Assembly (NCBI GenBank): GCA_963743755.1
Contig: CAVUQU010000003.1
Location: 251,326 to 315,325, forward strand
Origin: an uncultured bacterium
Lineage (GTDB): Bacteria > Acidobacteriota > Aminicenantia > Aminicenantales > Saccharicenantaceae
Length of the DNA: 64,000 bases
Direction of reading: 5' to 3'
Shown one piece after another: positions 27,088 through 36,704 of the stretch. Position 1 is the stretch's first letter. The number at the start of each line of letters is the position of its first letter. The translations under genes were made by a program, and so were the position numbers. Below the pieces are notes generated by a model. That model was not told where the DNA came from. It saw nothing but the letters and a program-made list of their open reading frames with translations, and searched no databases.

Positions 27088-29244
27088 TTTCCCGCGAGCC
27101 CCATCTCCTCGACGATGTGCCTGGCGCCCGAGAACTTGTCGGTCACCCAGAGGACGTAACGGAGATCGACGCTGATCGAGCGCTGCAGCTCGGGGATGAC
27201 GTAGTAGTCGCCGATGACGCTCTCGTAGGTCATGTCGAAGATGATGCCGATCTGCTCGCCCTTGGCGTTGAGCGTCGGCGAACCCGAGTTGCCGCCGGTG
27301 ACGTTGGTCGTGTTCAGGAAGCAGGCCGGCACGTCGCCGAGCCGCGCGTCGGCGTAGGGCCCGAAATCCTTGGCCTTCCAGAGGTCCTTGATCTTGGCCG
27401 GCACCCGGAACGGGAATTCCCCCGTCTCCTTCTCGACGACGCCCCCGACGGTCGTCTGGGGCAGATACCAGACGGCGTCCTTGGGCGTGTAGCCCAGGAC
27501 CGGTCCGTACGTGAAGCGGAGGGTGCCGTTGGCGTCGGGCGCGTAACTCCCCTTCTTCATGTCCAGGATGGCCGCTTCGTAGGTCCGCTTGAGGTCGGCT
27601 CCTTCCTGTCCCATGCCCTTGCTCTCCTCTCTGACGACCTTGAGTTCCTGCTCCATGGCCGCCGCGAGTTTGAGGAAGGGATCGTCGACCGCCGCGAGCG
27701 CGGCCGGCTTGAGGCCGAGCATCTCGAGCCTTTTGGCCGGATCGCCGAGCGCCGTCTTGGCGTACATGGCGTCGACGCGGGAGGAGATGTCCGCCGCGCT
27801 CCCGGCGGCCAGGCCCTTGAGGGAGGCGGGCCACGCGGTCTCGTCCGGATGCGCGGCCTTCAGGCGGTAGAGCGTCCACTTCAGGAGCTCCCGGTCCGTG
27901 GCGAAGACGTAGCCCCTCTCGGCCAGCTGGATGCCCTGCTTCATGCGGGGCAGGTTGCGCTCCTGGAAGGCCTGTTCCCGGTCCTTGTCGGGCTTCTGGA
28001 TCTCGGGCACGGCCCGGACGACGGTGTAAGCCTGGGACAGGATGGTCGATCCGCCGAGGACGCCGTTCAGCAGCTCGGTCCTGGCGCCGAACGCCTTCTG
28101 CCGGGCCAGGAACGCCTCGAGGGCGGCCGGGGCCGCGCCGTATTGCTTGGCCCGGGCGGGGTCGGCGGCGATCCAGTCGAGGAGCTCCTTCTCCTGGGCG
28201 GCCTTCTTGTCGACGAGGCCGTACTTGACGAAGCCCTCGAGCTTGCCCTGCCTGTTCTTAAGTCCGTTGTAAAGCCCCTTGACCAGGCTCGCATAGCGGA
28301 TCTCGACTTCCTTGTCGCTCTTCCCGGCGGTTTCGTAAAAGCCGATCAGGTCCTGCGTGTCTTTGATCCTCCTGGCCATGCTCTCCTGATCGGCGCTGAG
28401 CTCGGACAGGGCGTAATTGCGGTAGGTCCGGCCCGGATAGCCCATGACGAAGGTGAAGTCGCCCTCCTTGAAGCCGTCGAGAGAGACCTTGAGCCAGACC
28501 TTGGGCTTGTAGGGGACGTTGGACGGGCTGAAATCGGCGGCTGCGCCGTCGGGCGCGACGTAAGCCCGGAGGAAAGAGAAGTCGCAGGTGTGGCGGGGCC
28601 ACATCCAGTTATCCGTCTCGCCGCCGTAATTGCCGAGGTCCTGGGGCGGGGCGTAGACGAGGCGGACGTCGCGGATTTGCTTAAAGGTGTAGAGGTAGTA
28701 GGCGTTGCCGCTGTACATCGAGGCCAGGGTGCAACGGAGATCCTTACCGGCCTTCTCGCCCGCCGCGACCAGGTCCTTCGAGGCTTTGTCGAAGGCGTCG
28801 TAGCGCTGGCGCGGCGTCATCTTGGGCTTGAAGTACGCGTTGACCTTGGCCGTCACGTCGTCATAGCCGAGCAGGACGCCGACCGTGTAACCCTGGGCCG
28901 GGATCTCCTCGCCCCGCGTCCGGGCCAGGAAGCCGTCGTTGATGTAGTCCTTCTCCTTGCTCGAGGCCCTCTGGATGGCGCCGTAGGCGACGTGATGGTT
29001 GGTCAGGACGAGGCCCTCGGGGCTGACGAACTCGCCCGTCCCGCCGCCGAGGTTGACCACGGCACTCATCAGGCCCGTGCCGTCGGTCTTATAGAGTTCG
29101 CCGGGGTCCATCCGGAGCCCCAGCGCCTTGAGGTCGAGGCTCTTCATCTGGTGCGGCATCCACATGCCGTCGTCCGCCCCGGAAACGAGACAGAGAGCGA
29201 GGACGAGGGCGCCGATCGCGAAGTATCTGGCTGACGTTCTTCAT
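27084..29244 (-). CDS. S46-family dipeptidyl-peptidase (DPP7/DPP11 type); indel in signal peptide
   Basis: 693-aa ORF with LTNHHVAYG (His) and TGGNSGSP (Ser). The signal peptide ..ARYFAIGALVLALCLVSGADD is in frame upstream, but ATG 29242-29244 (SD GGAGGG) is offset by one base, so there is an indel at 29230-29241. Confidence 0.85.
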
Positions 29245-29271
29245 GGTCCCTCCTGAGGATTTCGATCCGTA

Positions 29272-31977
29272 TCAGTATAGCGTATAGAACTTGAATCTGC
29301 GGTTGAGCGCCTTGACCAGCTCCATGATCCAGAGCGGCAGGGTCGAGAAGACCATGATGGCCCCGAGGTCGAGGAGGCTCAGGGCCCGCGTCTTGAAGAT
29401 GGGTTGGAAGAAGGGCAGGTAGATAATGGCCATCTGGAGCAGGAACGAGCCGACGACCGCGACGACGAGCTGGGGATTGGTCGAGAACTTCAGCTTGAAG
29501 ATCGAGTCCCGCATGCTGCGGCAGTTGAAGGCGTGGAAGAGCTGGCTGCAGGCCAGGGTGGCCAGGGCGGCCGTCCGGGCCATCTCGAGCGGCTCCTTCT
29601 CGTAGAGGTATACGAAGAGGAAGGCGCCCAGGCTGCAGGCCGCGATGAGCGTGCCCTGGAGCCCGATGAGCCAGGCCCGCGCCCCGGTGACGACGGGCTC
29701 GTCGGTCTTGCGCGGCGGGCGCTCCATGATGTTCGGGTCGACCGGGTCGACGCCGAGGGCCAGGGCGGGCAGGCCGTCCGTCACCAGGTTGACCCACAGG
29801 ATCTGGATGGGCAACAGCGGGACGGGGAAGCCGATGAGGGCCGCGACGAACATGACCAGGATCTCGCCGAGGTTGCAGGAGAGGAGGAAGTGGATGAACT
29901 TACGGATGTTGTCGTAGATGCCCCGGCCTTCCTCGACGGCCGCGACGATCGAGGCGAAGTTGTCGTCGGTGATGACCATGTCCGAGACTTCCTTGGTCAC
30001 GTCGGTCCCGGTGATGCCCATGGCCACGCCGATGTCGGCCTCCTTGACGGCGGGGGCGTCGTTGACGCCGTCGCCGGTCATGGCCACGACCTCGCCGCGC
30101 CGGCGCCAGGCCCGCACGACCCGGAGCTTGTGCTCGGGCGAGACCCGGGCGTAGACGGCCACGTTCTCCACGTCCGCGTCGAGCGCCGCGTCGGTGAGGC
30201 CGTCGAGTTCCTCTCCGGTCACGGCCCGCGAATTCGGGCCGTAAAGGCCGAGGTCGCGGGCGATGGCCACCGCCGTGTTCCTGTGGTCGCCGGTGATCAT
30301 GACCGTCCGGATACCCGACTGCCGGCATTTGGCCATGGCGTCGCGGACTTCGGGCCGGGGCGGATCGATCATGGCCACGAGGCCGGCGAAGGTCAGGTCA
30401 CGCTCGATGGCCTCGGCCGCGTAGGAGTGGGGGTCCTGGTCGAGGTGCCGGTAGGCGACGGCCAGGACGCGCAGGGCCTGGTCCGAATAGCCGTCGTTGG
30501 CTGTCATGATGCGGTCGCGGTCGCCGTCCGTGAGCGGGCGCTCGCGGCCGTCTTCCAGGATGTGCGAGCAGTCCCGGAGCAGCAGGTCCGGGGCGCCCTT
30601 GGTGAAGGCGATCAGGTCCTGGTCGGCCCGGCGGACGATGCTCATCTTCTTCCGCTCGGAGTCGAACGGGAGCTCCTCGACCATCTCGTAGTCGTCCTCC
30701 TCCTCGCTCTTCCAGATGCCGGCCTTGGCCGCGGCGCTGAGGATGGCGATCTCCGTCGGATCGCCGAAGACCGCGGTCTTCCCGTCCTTGACCGCGAGCT
30801 GGGCGTTGTTGCAGAGGACGCCCACCTGCAGCGCCTTCAGGAGATCGGGGTGCGCGGCCGGGTCGACCCGCCCCGCGGACGTCCGGAACTCGCCGGCGGG
30901 GTCGTAGCCCGTTCCGGTCACCTCGAAGGCGCCGCGCGAGGTCCAGACGGCCTGGACCGTCATCTCGTTCTTGGTCAGGGTGCCGGTCTTGTCCGAACAG
31001 ATGACCGTGGCGCAACCGAGGGTCTCGACCGAGGGCAGCTTGCGGATGAGGACGTGGCGCTTGACCATGCGCTGGACGCCCAGGGCCAGGGCGATGGTCA
31101 CGACCGCGGGGAGGCCCTCGGGGATGGCGGCGACGGCCAGGCTGACCGAGGTCAGGAACATGTCGAGGACCTTGCCGCCCCGGAGGATCTCCAGGCCGAA
31201 GACGACGGCCACGAGGAAGAAACAGAGGTAGACGAGGATCTTGCTGAACTCCTCGAGCTTCCTCTGCAGGGGCGTCGTCTCCTTCTTGATCCCCTGGATG
31301 AGGCCGGCGATGCGGCCGAGCTCGGTCTGCATGCCGGTCTCGACGACGACGGCCCGGGCCTTGCCCGAGACGACGGAGGTGCCCAGGTACAGGATGTTGG
31401 CCCGCTCGGCCAGGGGGATGTCCTTTTCTTCGAGCTCGATGTCCGTCTTGTTGACCGGCGTCGACTCCCCGGTCAGGCTGGCTTCCTGGACGCCGAAATT
31501 GGAAGTGTGCCAAACGACCCGGCTGTCCGCCGGGATGTTGTCGCCGGCCTCGATCTCGACGAGGTCGCCGGGCACGAGCTCGCGGGCCGGGACGACCCGG
31601 AGGGCGCCGTCCCGCAGGACCTTGGACGAGGGTGAGGCGAGCCGCCGCAGCGCGGCCAGGCTCTTCTCGGCCCGGTACTCCTGGACGAGGCCGAGGATGG
31701 CGTTGAGGATGACAATGGCCAGGATGGCCACGGCGTCGACCCACTCCTTGAGGAAGCCGGAGATCAGGGCGGCGGCGATGAGGACGCCGATCATCAGGCT
31801 CTTGAACTGGTCGAAGAAGATGGCCAGGGGACCGCGGCCCTTCTTCTCCTGGAGCTCGTTCGGACCGAGCGTCTCGAGCCTTTGAGCGGCCGCCGCCGAG
31901 GTGAGGCCGGTCTTAACGTCCGTCCCGAGCGTTCGGGCGATCTCGTCGGTCGCGAGGTGCCACCATTTCGTCGTCAT
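29272..31977 (-). CDS. P-type cation-transporting ATPase (P2, Ca2+-ATPase-like)
   Basis: 901 aa, intact. Motifs DKTGTLT, TGES, PEGLPAV and [17 protein letters not shown] upstream. Confidence 0.9.
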   Translation of the reverse strand: MTTKWWHLATDEIARTLGTDVKTGLTSAAAAQRLETLGPNELQEKKGRGPLAIFFDQFKSLMIGVLIAAALISGFLKEWVDAVAILAIVILNAILGLVQEYRAEKSLAALRRLASPSSKVLRDGALRVVPARELVPGDLVEIEAGDNIPADSRVVWHTSNFGVQEASLTGESTPVNKTDIELEEKDIPLAERANILYLGTSVVSGKARAVVVETGMQTELGRIAGLIQGIKKETTPLQRKLEEFSKILVYLCFFLVAVVFGLEILRGGKVLDMFLTSVSLAVAAIPEGLPAVVTIALALGVQRMVKRHVLIRKLPSVETLGCATVICSDKTGTLTKNEMTVQAVWTSRGAFEVTGTGYDPAGEFRTSAGRVDPAAHPDLLKALQVGVLCNNAQLAVKDGKTAVFGDPTEIAILSAAAKAGIWKSEEEDDYEMVEELPFDSERKKMSIVRRADQDLIAFTKGAPDLLLRDCSHILEDGRERPLTDGDRDRIMTANDGYSDQALRVLAVAYRHLDQDPHSYAAEAIERDLTFAGLVAMIDPPRPEVRDAMAKCRQSGIRTVMITGDHRNTAVAIARDLGLYGPNSRAVTGEELDGLTDAALDADVENVAVYARVSPEHKLRVVRAWRRRGEVVAMTGDGVNDAPAVKEADIGVAMGITGTDVTKEVSDMVITDDNFASIVAAVEEGRGIYDNIRKFIHFLLSCNLGEILVMFVAALIGFPVPLLPIQILWVNLVTDGLPALALGVDPVDPNIMERPPRKTDEPVVTGARAWLIGLQGTLIAACSLGAFLFVYLYEKEPLEMARTAALATLACSQLFHAFNCRSMRDSIFKLKFSTNPQLVVAVVGSFLLQMAIIYLPFFQPIFKTRALSLLDLGAIMVFSTLPLWIMELVKALNRRFKFYTLY

Positions 31978-32015
31978 CGGATTCCTCCGGGGATCGCGTG
32001 CGGAATCGAAGCGGT

Positions 32016-32045
32016 ATTATACACTCTCCGCCCGGAACGGGACAA
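32016..32045 (-). promoter_or_regulatory. candidate promoter of ATPase-S46-ARH operon
   Basis: Minus strand reads TTGTCC (32040-32045) - 18 nt - TATAAT (32016-32021), followed by a 38-nt leader with GGAGG. Confidence 0.4.
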
Positions 32046-32083
32046 CCCGACCGGGCCGGCGGCCCCAGGAAGGAAGGGAGGGC

Positions 32084-32470
32084 TTACTGCTTCTTTTTGG
32101 CCGTCCACGGGAAGGCGCCGAATTCGCCGGCCTGGACCTCTCCGGCCATGGCCTCGCCCTCGACCTTGCCCTTATAGGTCAACGTCATGTCGCCCTGCGG
32201 AGTGTTGAGGAGCACGGTCCATTCGATGTCCTGGCCCTTGACCGTCCCCTCGCCCGTCATCTCCATGCCCATCACGGAGGAGGTGAACTTGATCTTGTCC
32301 CCGTCCTGGACGAAGGTCGCGTCGGCGGTCATGTCTCCCTGGGGGGACTGCGTCGTCATCTCCCAATCGCCGGCGACCACGGCGGGCTTGGCCGGAACGG
32401 CGTCCTGGGCCGCGAGCGCCCCGATCGCTCCCAGCGCGAGGAGCGCGGTCAACAGGATACGAAAGCGCAT
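32084..32470 (-). CDS. small secreted hypothetical protein
   Basis: Start ATG 32470 (MRFRILLTALLALGAIGALAAQD) with SD AGGAG. 128 aa with an internally repeated ..SPQGDMT../..TPQGDMT.. pattern. Confidence 0.6.
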   Translation of the reverse strand: MRFRILLTALLALGAIGALAAQDAVPAKPAVVAGDWEMTTQSPQGDMTADATFVQDGDKIKFTSSVMGMEMTGEGTVKGQDIEWTVLLNTPQGDMTLTYKGKVEGEAMAGEVQAGEFGAFPWTAKKKQ

Positions 32471-32503
32471 GCGTATCTCCTTTCTCGGATCCGTCACTCC
32501 CCT

Positions 32504-32532
32504 TAATTACAATAGGAGCCGCCCTTCGTCAA
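32504..32532 (-). promoter_or_regulatory. sigma70-like promoter of small secreted protein gene
   Basis: Minus strand reads TTGACG (32527-32532) - 17 nt - TAATTA (32504-32509). Confidence 0.5.
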
Positions 32533-32575
32533 TACGCGTTCTCATGATCCCCTTCCCTTCCGCGCGGGAAGTGTG

Positions 32576-32581
32576 TATAAT
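32576..32581 (+). promoter_or_regulatory. -10 box (TATAAT) upstream of tRNA-Pro(CGG)
   Basis: TATAAT lies 13 nt upstream of the mature tRNA 5' end, the same layout as at 11726. Confidence 0.45.
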
Positions 32582-32594
32582 GGGCGGCCTGAGT

Positions 32595-32669
32595 CGGGGA
32601 GTAGCGCAGCCTGGCTAGCGCACAGCGTTCGGGACGCTGGGGCCGTGGGTTCAAATCCCACCTCCCCGA
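32595..32669 (+). tRNA. tRNA-Pro (anticodon CGG), CCA not encoded
   Basis: Acceptor CGGGGAG/CTCCCCG, D stem GCGC/GCGC, anticodon stem CAGCG/CGCTG with loop TTCGGGA, T arm GTGGG-TTCAAAT-CCCAC, discriminator A, followed by T7. Confidence 0.9.
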
Positions 32670-32687
32670 TTTTTTTCCACTCGACCC

Positions 32688-33047
32688 ATGATCGTCAAAT
32701 CGCTCCGGAACATCCCGGGATTCCTGGCCGGCGACGGATCGTTCCTCAAAGAGCTCCTCCACCCGGCCAAGGAACCGCTCGGCATCGGTTACAGCCTGGC
32801 TCACGCCGTCGTCGGACCCGGACGCAAGACCCTTCCCCACCGGCTCGAGAGCGCGGAGGTCTACTGCATCCTCCGCGGGAGCGGGCTGATGCGCATCGAC
32901 GGCGAGACCGCCGAGGTCGGGGCGGGCCAGGTGGTCTACATCCCGCCGCGGTCCGTCCAATCCATCGAGAACACCGGCAAGGACGAGCTCGCTTTCTTCT
33001 GCATCGTCGACCCGGCCTGGCGGGCCGAGGACGAACAGGTCCTGTAG
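32688..33047 (+). CDS. cupin-domain protein
   Basis: 119 aa starting 18 nt after the tRNA. Cupin motifs (LPHRLESAEVYCILRGSG, GQVVYIPPRSVQSIEN). Confidence 0.75.
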   Translation: MIVKSLRNIPGFLAGDGSFLKELLHPAKEPLGIGYSLAHAVVGPGRKTLPHRLESAEVYCILRGSGLMRIDGETAEVGAGQVVYIPPRSVQSIENTGKDELAFFCIVDPAWRAEDEQVL

Positions 33048-33064
33048 GGACGCCGGAGAGACGC

Positions 33065-34360
33065 ATGCCCCCGGAACCGTTGCCCGTGCCGGACTTCACT
33101 CCCAAGGCGGGATTCCTGCGGCGCCTCTTCGGACTGCGGAAGAGCATGAGCTGGAAACAGGCCTTTACCGCTCTCAAGTACCCGAACTACCGGCTCTGGT
33201 TCTGGAGCCAGACCGTCTCCCTCTTCGGCATGTGGATGGAGGCGACGGCCCTCGCCTTCCTCGTCTTCGACCTGACCAAATCGCCGGCCCTCCTCGGGGT
33301 CGTCGGCTTCGCAAGCGGGGCCCCGACCTGGATCTTCACGCTCTATGCGGGGGTCATCGCCGACCGTGTCCCCCGCCGCACCCTGCTCATGATCACCCAG
33401 ACGGTCATGATGACCCTGGCCTTCGTCCTGGCCGCCCTGACCTTCCTCCATTGGATCCAACCCTGGCACATCCTGGTCATCGCCGTCCTGCTCGGGACGG
33501 CCAACGCCTTCGAGGCGCCGTCCCGCCAGTCCTTTATCCTGGAGATGGTCGAGCCCGAGGACATGACCAACGCCATCGCCCTGAACGCGGCCATGTTCAA
33601 CTCGGCCATGGCCGTCGGTCCGGCCGCGGCCGGGCTCGTCTACGCCTTCTTCGGGCCGGCCTGGTGCTTCGTCGTCAACGGCGCCACGTTCCTCGCGGTC
33701 ATCGCCGCGCTGAGGAAGATGAAGCTCCGGCCGTTCGTGCCGCCGGCAGCCCGCACCTCCGCCCTGGCCGACCTCAAGGAAGGGTTGAAGTACGTCGCCG
33801 CCCACCCGCTCATCCGGACGATCATCGGGCTCATCGGCATCATCAGCCTGTTCGGCATCTCGTTCGTCACGCTGTTCCCGGCCTGGGCGGTCGACGTGCT
33901 CCACGGCGATGCCAAGACCAACGGCTTCCTGCAATCGGCCCGCGGGCTCGGCGCGTTCATCTCGGCCCTGCTCATCGCCTCGCTCGGCCGCTTCCGCTTC
34001 CGGGGCAAGCTGTTGACCTTCGGGACCTTCACCCTCCCGATCGCGGCCGCGGTCTTCGCCCTGGTCCGTTGGACGCCCCTGTCGCTTCTCCTCATCTTCG
34101 GCTCGGGCCTGGCCCAGGTCCTCATCTTCAACCTGTCCAACGCCCTGGTCCAGACACACAGCCCCGACGCCCTCCGGGGACGGATCATGGGCATCTACAC
34201 CCTGGTCTTCTTCGGATTGATGCCCGTCGGGGCCCTCGGCGTGGGTTTGACCGCGGAGCGCTTCGGCCCTCCGGCGGCCGTCCTCGTCGGGGCGGGAGTG
34301 ATGCTCGGGGCGGCGACCGCGCTGGCGGTCTTCATGCCGCATCTGCGCCGGCAACCGTGA
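33065..34360 (+). CDS. MFS transporter (EntS/MFS_3-like)
   Basis: Start ATG 33065. 12 predicted TM segments and a GVIADRVPRR loop motif. The upstream part of track ORF 32573-34360 crosses the tRNA and is not coding. Confidence 0.8.
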   Translation: MPPEPLPVPDFTPKAGFLRRLFGLRKSMSWKQAFTALKYPNYRLWFWSQTVSLFGMWMEATALAFLVFDLTKSPALLGVVGFASGAPTWIFTLYAGVIADRVPRRTLLMITQTVMMTLAFVLAALTFLHWIQPWHILVIAVLLGTANAFEAPSRQSFILEMVEPEDMTNAIALNAAMFNSAMAVGPAAAGLVYAFFGPAWCFVVNGATFLAVIAALRKMKLRPFVPPAARTSALADLKEGLKYVAAHPLIRTIIGLIGIISLFGISFVTLFPAWAVDVLHGDAKTNGFLQSARGLGAFISALLIASLGRFRFRGKLLTFGTFTLPIAAAVFALVRWTPLSLLLIFGSGLAQVLIFNLSNALVQTHSPDALRGRIMGIYTLVFFGLMPVGALGVGLTAERFGPPAAVLVGAGVMLGAATALAVFMPHLRRQP

Positions 34361-34382
34361 CGGCCCCGGAGCGCGGGACCCT

Positions 34383-35456
34383 TCAGGCGATCTCGACCAG
34401 CCGGTAAGCCCGCCGGCCCAGCCCTATCTTCTCGCCGTGGGCGAGCTGGCCCGACCAATCGATGTCGTAGCCGGCCCGCAGCGGGTCCTTGCCGGCGCCG
34501 GCGGCGACGAGGAGATCGGCCGTGGCCTGATCGATGGCCACCGGATCGAGGGAAGCCAGGATCCCGATGTCGGGCGCGATGGGCTTCGCGGCCTTGGCCA
34601 TGCAGTCGCAGTCCTTGGTGACCTGGGTGAGGAAGCTGACGAAGACGGCCTTGTCCCGGAAGTGCGAGACGACCCGCAGCGCGTACTCGGCCATCTTCTC
34701 CTGGAGTCGGAGCGAATCCTCGTCCCACTTCATCTTGATGGCGCCGAACTTGCAGACGACAAGGCATTCGCCGCAGCCGATGCATTTGGCCGGGTCGATG
34801 ACGACGTGACCCTCGGCCTGGAGGATCGCGGCCTCCGGACAGAAGGCCATGCAGACGCTGCAGTTCCGGCACTGCTTGGCGTTGACCCGGGGGTGGGTGA
34901 CGGAGTGCTGCTCGAGCTTGCCGGCCCGCGAGGCGCAGCCCATGCCGATGTTCTTGATGGCCGCGCCGAGCCCCGTCTGGACGTGCCCCGTGACGTGGGT
35001 CAGTCCGACGAGGACGTCCGAGTCGAGGACCGCGCTGGCGATCTTCGAGGACGCCGTCCGGGCCTGGGCGCTCCGCGGCTCCTGCTTGTCCCGGCCGATG
35101 AGGCCGTCGGCGATGATGACCGGGAGGCCGATCGTCTCCGGGGTGAAGCCGTGGGACCAAGCCAGGCGGAGGTGGTCGATGGAGTTCGACCGGTTGCCGA
35201 CATAGAGGGTATTGGAATCTGTCAGAAAGGCGTGCTTGGTCCTCTGCCGGATCTCTCCGATCAGGCCGGTCAGCCACTGCGGCTTGATGTAGCCGGTGTT
35301 GCCAACCTCGCCGAAATGGATCTTGAGGGCGGCGAAGTCACCCTCGGCGATGCGATCGTTGAAGCCGGTGGCCAGATAGACCTTTTTGGCCTTTTCGGCC
35401 AGGAGCGCGGCGGGTTCGCGGGAATCGGCGGCGATGAAATGGACGGAGCTCTTCAT
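34383..35456 (-). CDS. DUF362-domain protein with 2x[4Fe-4S] ferredoxin insert
   Basis: 357 aa. Cysteine motifs CRNCSVCMAFCP and CIGCGECLVVC. Confidence 0.75.
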   Translation of the reverse strand: MKSSVHFIAADSREPAALLAEKAKKVYLATGFNDRIAEGDFAALKIHFGEVGNTGYIKPQWLTGLIGEIRQRTKHAFLTDSNTLYVGNRSNSIDHLRLAWSHGFTPETIGLPVIIADGLIGRDKQEPRSAQARTASSKIASAVLDSDVLVGLTHVTGHVQTGLGAAIKNIGMGCASRAGKLEQHSVTHPRVNAKQCRNCSVCMAFCPEAAILQAEGHVVIDPAKCIGCGECLVVCKFGAIKMKWDEDSLRLQEKMAEYALRVVSHFRDKAVFVSFLTQVTKDCDCMAKAAKPIAPDIGILASLDPVAIDQATADLLVAAGAGKDPLRAGYDIDWSGQLAHGEKIGLGRRAYRLVEIA

Positions 35457-35472
35457 GAGATGACCGGTCCTC

Positions 35473-36621
35473 CTAACGGGCTTTGAGGATGCCGTCGACG
35501 GCCTGACGTCCCGTCCCCGGCGAGACCTTCCGGCCCATGGCCCCGAGGGTCTTTTCCACGGCGTCGACGGCGAACCTGACCTGGGCCGAGGTCAGGTTGC
35601 CCATGTGGCCCATGCGGAAGACGCCGCCCGCGGTCGGGCCCAATCCGCCGGCGACGACGACGCCGTTCGCGCCGAGCCCGGCCCGGAAGGCCTTGTCGTC
35701 GACGCCGTCCGGGTAGCGGACGACTGACAACGTCGATGCCAGGAAGTCCGGGTCGGTGAAGAAGCCGAAGCCGAGGGCGGCGAGGCCGGCCCGGATGGCC
35801 TCGGCGTAGAGGTCGTGGCGTTCGAACCTCGCCTCAAGTCCCTCCTCCATGATGAGGCGCGTCCCTTCGGCGAAGGCGCGGACCTCGTTGACGCACGGCG
35901 TCGAGAAATATTTGGTCGGATCGTGCATGACGGGCAGCCAGAGGAGAAGGTCGGAATAGTAGGCCGGGACGGAGGCCAGGCTCCGCCGCTTCTCCATGGC
36001 CAGCTCGGACAGAACGAGGATCGACAGGCCCGGCGGCGTGCCCAGGCACTTCTGGGCCGCGGTCAGGACGACGTCGATGCCCCAGGCGTCCATGCGCTCC
36101 GGTATCCCCCCGGTCGCGCAGACGCCGTCGACGACGAAGAGGGATCCGGACTTCTCCAGGACCTGGGCATACTCTGCGACCGGGGCGCAGGCGCCGGTGG
36201 CCGTATCGACGTGGGTGCAGACGACGACGTTATAATTTCTGTTTTTCAGCCGACGGTCGAGCTCGCCCGGCGTCACGGCCCGGCCCCACTCGCACTCGAG
36301 GACGTCGTGATCGAGGCCGAAGGCCCGGCAGATCTGGGCCATGCGGTCGCCGAAATAGCCCTGCGACAGGAGGAGGACGCGGTCGCCCCGGCCGGCCGTA
36401 TTGAGGACGGCCATCTCCATGGCGAGCGTCCCGGCGCCGGAGATGACGAACGGCTCCCCGGCGTCGCAGAACACGATCTTCTTGAGGTTCTCGCAAGCGT
36501 CCTTGAGGTCGTGGCCCATTTCGGGACCGACGTGCGAGACCGTGGGCAGGGCCAGAGCATCAAGGATGCGCGGGACGACGGGGCTCGGACCGGGGATCAG
36601 CAGCAATTTCTCTTCGGGCAT
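35473..36621 (-). CDS. class V aminotransferase (alanine-glyoxylate / serine-pyruvate type)
   Basis: Start ATG 36621 (MPEEKLLLIPGPSP) with SD GGAGG. PLP-lysine context TAAQKCLG. Confidence 0.85.
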   Translation of the reverse strand: MPEEKLLLIPGPSPVVPRILDALALPTVSHVGPEMGHDLKDACENLKKIVFCDAGEPFVISGAGTLAMEMAVLNTAGRGDRVLLLSQGYFGDRMAQICRAFGLDHDVLECEWGRAVTPGELDRRLKNRNYNVVVCTHVDTATGACAPVAEYAQVLEKSGSLFVVDGVCATGGIPERMDAWGIDVVLTAAQKCLGTPPGLSILVLSELAMEKRRSLASVPAYYSDLLLWLPVMHDPTKYFSTPCVNEVRAFAEGTRLIMEEGLEARFERHDLYAEAIRAGLAALGFGFFTDPDFLASTLSVVRYPDGVDDKAFRAGLGANGVVVAGGLGPTAGGVFRMGHMGNLTSAQVRFAVDAVEKTLGAMGRKVSPGTGRQAVDGILKAR

Positions 36622-36648
36622 CGGGTCCTCCGGGGCGGAATCCCGTCC

Positions 36649-36677
36649 ATTGTGACCAAACCCCGGATAGAAATCAA
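36649..36677 (-). promoter_or_regulatory. candidate promoter of aminotransferase/DUF362 genes
   Basis: Minus strand reads TTGATT (36672-36677) - 17 nt - CACAAT (36649-36654). Confidence 0.3.
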
Positions 36678-36704
36678 GCCGCGCAGGCGGCCTCCCGCCT
36701 CGAT

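Noticed and set aside
27088-27879. N-terminal 263 codons of ORF 25531-27879, which would make a 782-aa ARH-like protein
   Set aside because: This part is arginine/glycine-rich out-of-frame sequence overlapping the S46 peptidase 3' end. A lipoprotein signal with ATG at 27087 and an ATGA overlap marks the true start.
25111-31635. Plus-strand ORFs of 682, 705 and 743 aa
   Set aside because: They are antisense shadows of the ARH-like, S46 and P-type ATPase genes, all of which have strong family motifs on the minus strand.
32573-33064. N-terminal 164 codons of ORF 32573-34360
   Set aside because: This part crosses the tRNA-Pro(CGG) gene and lies out of frame over the cupin gene. MFS homology starts at ATG 33065.
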